From: Pocillopora damicornis
Taxonomy: Eukaryota
DNA: 64,000 nucleotides
Direction: 5' to 3'
Assembly (NCBI RefSeq): GCF_003704095.1
Contig: NW_020845867.1
Span: forward strand, 930,001 to 994,000
Below the pieces are notes generated by a model. The model saw only the letters and a program-made list of their open reading frames with translations. It had not been told where the DNA came from and ran no database searches. The position numbers were made by a program, and so were the translations under genes. Shown here piece after piece: positions 60,483 through 64,000 of this stretch (position 1 is its first letter; each line of letters opens with the position of its first letter).

Positions 60483-61952
60483 CTAAGACCACGAGGAACC
60501 ATAAAATGCAAATGACTGGAAGATTCCATATGGAAATTCAAATTTGCGGAAAAAACCCAAGGGACGAGGATGGTGTAACGTTAACAGCGATATTTCCTGC
60601 CAGTTGAAATTTTGATTTCTCTAAGGTTTTCACATATTATTCGGCTCTATTTTTACAACATACAGTTTTGAATTGTAAAAATAAAATGACGTGAAACTTG
60701 CTAAAAATATAATCGGCAAGAACTTTGAAAAATAAAAGAAAACAAGTGCGTTTGGAGAGGTCACAACGAAGGCGTAGACACCCGCGGGACGAGGAGGTCT
60801 CGTGCCCTTGGATGACTTACCTCTCGTGTGCTTTGCATTGCTTTAGATCACTTCCATCGCTTATCTTTGCAGCTGCAACGCCTAGTCCTAGTCTTTCATT
60901 CCCCTTCCTCAAAGAGAGACCCTGGGAACAAGTTTACCACTGAAACTTGACGCATCCAAACCTTATTCAAAATCAAGTATAATTCTAGCAATTGAATCTG
61001 AAGAGAAAACACAAATAACAATTTTTGAAGCTAAATCGTAAAACAACTTTACCAGATAGTAGCGACTTATTCGCGACATAAAAGGAACTGTTTTGTCGAA
61101 AAAAAAAAAACCAACTCACATTGCATCTGACAATTCTTCAACGTGGTCAATGTCTCAATTTTAATATCCTATATTAACTTTACATTTTTGTCAACCTTTG
61201 ATCCAGCACATTATTTTTAGTAATTCATTTACATTCTTAATTTGAAGAGTAGAATTTTACTGCCTGTAACAAATAAATTTCATCGACTAAATTTCGCATT
61301 TATATTAAATAAGCGATGTGACTGGATATCGCATGTTTTCCACGGTTATACCCCAACAAAATTTCCATTCACCCAAGCTCAAATATCAGTTACCCTCTCC
61401 CTGAAATGTTGGAGAGGAATGCAATATTATCTTCATTTCAAAATGTAACAAATACACCAAAATATTCTTGATATGCTCTACTTTGGATATAAAACTGACA
61501 GAAATATTTATCTTCCTCGCCTGCGAGGTTTGTAGAAATTGCAAGGCTATCGAGCTATCGAGGTTAAATCTTTTAAGAACATTCAAATTGGGTACCGCAA
61601 CATTTTCATGACAGCGTTACGTGACAATCACGAAATAATTCCAATTCTTATCAGATTGTCTATGGCTAGTAACAGAAAATGGGAGGGCGTGACGGAAAAC
61701 GCACCAATTACGTGACAGTATTTGCGGCAAAGTGCGAATCCATTCGATCTGTTATATCAGAAACTGTAAATAGTCCTAAATAGCTTGTGAAAGAAAATGA
61801 GATTGTGTGATGGTAACGCAACATTTTCGTGACAGCGTACATAATCATTCGAATTAAATTGTCTATAGCTGGTAACAGAAAGTAACAGAACATGCCGTTG
61901 TCCAAGACTCCTGCATGTTACGCTCATGAGAGCGTAACAATGTACCAAGCTC

Positions 61953-63443
61953 TCAGTACACAGGAGCTTTCTCCACGTTGCCCACATTTCTTTTCCCTGA
62001 TAATGTTCTCTTCAAGCATACAATGCACAGGTCATTTCCTTCTCTCGCCTCCTGGCTGGCAAGATGGAAGCTCAGAAATCCGTGGGGTAAATCCTCTAGG
62101 ATGTACAGTTCCACGTCTTTCCCGAGGGAACGTAGCCGGCGAGCAAATTCAACTGAATCGTCCAGTATGGGGTCCAATGTGCAAGCCTAAAGGTGAACAT
62201 ACAGAGGATAATATAAAGGATGAGGCAGATGAACTAAAACGGAGCTAAACGGCTCTAAATCAGCCCAGAAAAAACTCGTACAATACTAAGGAACAACCAC
62301 TTAAGAGAGGTAACTTTGTTTCATTCAAATCTAGTTCAGAGTTTTCGGTTGTGAGTGCGAACGTTCGTCAACATACAGATCCTTAAATTTCGCCCATTGC
62401 GCAACGTAAACATATTTGCATATACACGTAGGCTCGTTGTGCGAGCTTGGGCTACCAATCACAGGAAAGCAAACTTACCACAAGATCAATTGGTGGTAAA
62501 CTCTTCAACATTTCATCAGGTGCCAGAAGTGGAGACATATACGGGTTCTTGGCAATAGGAATATGCACTTGGGACATAGACTGGGTCCTTGAATGAGACT
62601 TGTCATCATGTCCCACCTCCTCGTCCTCATCTGGTGATGTACCCACATCTTCGTAGGGCTCCTCTTGAGGCATTTCAAGAGGAAACAAAAGAAGCTCTCC
62701 ACTAGGGCTCTCTGGAGACTCTACCACGTTCACTAAGTGGCACTCTTCAATGTCCCTATGGTAGTGCACTCCTATATGTTCCATCTCGTCTCCTCCGCCA
62801 TGTTTGCTTCTCTGAGGACTTGTGGGTCTACTGGGTATGGTGTCTTGGGAATGTCTTCGGGAGTGGGAATGCCCTGATGAAGGGCTACTAATTTCAGAGT
62901 CCTTTTCTTGGTCCGAGACACCTTCCTCTGAATGTTCCCCTGATGAATGCACCACACTAGTGCAGTGATAACCAACGGCTGTCTCAGTGCTGGGGCTTGC
63001 CATATTGTTGACAGTCTCTGTCTCTTCAAACTGCGGTGAGCTCAAACAACTATGGAAACTCTCTGGCCCTGATGGTGAAAGGGCTTCAGAGTGGCTACCA
63101 CTCTTTGCAAATTTAGACTCCTTTGAGCCAACTCGTAGCAATCTCAAGAGAGAGTTTGTCTTTCTCCTTTTCACGACACTCACTGGCTGGCTTGTTTCAC
63201 CTGTTAAAGATTTTATTGAATTTGTGGTGCAGTCATCAAAGGGTGACTTCCCCATACCTGAGTAGGCAGCCAAGCAAGCACCTAGCAACCCTGTAGGAAG
63301 CAGTGGGTCCATAAGGCTCAGCAGACGGGAAGGAGAGGGTACCCACTGTACATTGAATGGTGCATAGGCAGCTAGGATGGAGTCTGGTGCACGGATGCCA
63401 ACCTCTGATGCACGCATGCTTAATGACACGCACAAATTGCCCC
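61953..63443 (-). CDS. LIPE: Hormone-sensitive lipase, last two coding exons (gene continues beyond the window)
   Basis: Exon 63443-62479 begins GGNL (the end of the GDSAGGNL nucleophile motif) and contains [15 protein letters not shown], a long Ser/acidic insert and [15 protein letters not shown]. Exon 62186-61953 has [12 protein letters not shown] (catalytic Asp) and EDLPHGFL (catalytic His). Confidence 0.93.
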
Positions 63444-64000
63444 CTAAAAATAATTATGCAGAAAGATTAGATGGGTGAGTGCCAGGTCCTGATATGACCT
63501 TGTCATGTGGTTAAACAATGTTAAATTCAATTGTCCATGACTGCTAACTTGATGGCTTACTTTTTCTTCTTAATATTTTTTCCCACATTTTTATTTCTTT
63601 AAGTACAGTTATTGGTAGTTGAGACCTGGTGTCTCCACCACAGTTGCTTAACTGGCAATTCAGTGGCTGCACGATTTTTTGCCAAACGATAAGCAATGGT
63701 CATGATGCAATTTTGGAAGAGGAAAGAGCAAGGTGGAATTTAAAGAACTTCAATTTTCAGGCCATTGGCATTTAAAAGTGAGATTTCGTAACAGCTCAAA
63801 AATTTAAAAGTGTGCTGGAGGGCAAAGTTGGCCCTGAAATGTTAGTAAAAGAGGACTTGCCACAAAAGAGGGAGAGCTGGAATGATGGCACCAGACCATG
63901 ATGGCTGGAAAGTGCTTATGGGGGCAGCGAGAGTATAAAAGAGGGCTGATGATAAGACTTATAGCATTGATAAAAATTAACAACAATATTGACTGACATC

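Overview
This is eukaryotic (animal) genomic DNA with spliced genes. The repeat families and gene content suggest a stony coral, probably Pocilloporidae; this is my inference and was not database-checked. Six protein-coding genes were assembled by hand from splice sites and reading frames. (1) The 3' part of a + strand Ig-FN3-FN3-zona pellucida (ZP)-furin site-TM protein (265-6071). (2) A complete - strand NCAM/fasciclin-II-like gene, SP-5xIg-2xFN3-GPI signal (8514-18851, 700 aa). (3) A complete - strand shortened paralogue, SP-2xIg-FN3-GPI signal (24197-28403, 333 aa). (4) Coatomer delta ARCN1 (37395-43758). (5) DEAD-box helicase DDX51 (45789-51134). (6) The 3' end of hormone-sensitive lipase LIPE (- strand, 61953-63443, continues beyond the window). 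The most notable signal is the tandem cluster of three NCAM-like paralogues. They share a private signature: a Trp-less last Ig domain, and a Cys pair in FN3-1 whose second Cys codon is split by an intron. They differ by whole phase-1 exons, and one has acquired a ZP module with the features of polymer-forming ZP proteins. The window also contains two GC-AG introns, many MITEs and SINEs, a Penelope-type hammerhead relic, apparent CpG-depleted gene bodies, and decayed gene remnants at 54-61 kb.
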